NCBI RefSeq assembly: GCF_039654945.1
Contig: NW_027362260.1
Span: 1-64,000, forward strand
Direction of reading: 5' to 3'
Length of the DNA stretch: 64,000 nt
Source of the DNA: Dendrobates tinctorius
Lineage: Eukaryota
Of the stretch, positions 63,874 to 64,000 are shown piece by piece (position 1 is the first letter of the stretch; the number at the start of each line of letters is the position of its first letter). Position numbers and translations under genes: made by a program. The notes below the pieces were generated by a model. The model was not told where the DNA came from. It searched no databases and was given only the letters and a program-made list of their open reading frames with translations.

Positions 63874-64000
63874 TACTGACTGCTGAGCTGTGTATCTAAT
63901 CCTCTCCTGTGTGATACTGACTGCTGAGCCGTGTATCTAATCCTCTCCTGTGTGATATTGACTGCTCAGCCGTGTATCTAATCCTCTCCTATGTGATACT
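63874..64000. repeat. 41-bp minisatellite (runs off the window)
   Basis: Same unit. Confidence 0.93.

Overview
Vertebrate DNA, most likely a frog (inferred from amphibian-type H2A/H1 sequences and the repeat types). It is a replication-dependent histone gene cluster: two H2B/H2A divergent pairs, H3, H1, H4, a 5'-truncated H4 and an orphan H4 3' end, each with the 16-nt histone stem-loop. The cluster is interleaved with two copies of a Ly6/uPAR (LU, three-finger) gene, giving a duplicated unit [H4 promoter - H2B/H2A - MITE - hAT - Ly6 - 41-bp minisatellite]. Large hAT DNA transposons (TIR TAGAGTTGAGCG, 8-bp TSDs) dominate the window. One copy is complete with an intact 1180-aa transposase, several are rearranged, and there is a second decayed transposase subfamily plus foldback MITEs with matching TIRs. 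There are four young CR1 LINEs (one full length), a solo LTR and several satellites that grew inside the transposons. The most notable observations are four. (1) A hAT terminus sits in the GPI-signal codons of both Ly6 copies and supplies the same in-frame 29-aa basic tail, with only synonymous differences between copies. (2) A U_UUA_AAC slippery heptamer ends CR1 ORF1, with ORF2 open in the -1 frame. (3) The U7-binding histone downstream element is amplified about 24-fold behind H1. (4) The CR1 5' end is built of octamer-bearing 127-bp monomers. The two 285-nt N runs look like masking of the H2B CDS rather than real gaps. All counts and alignments were done by eye.
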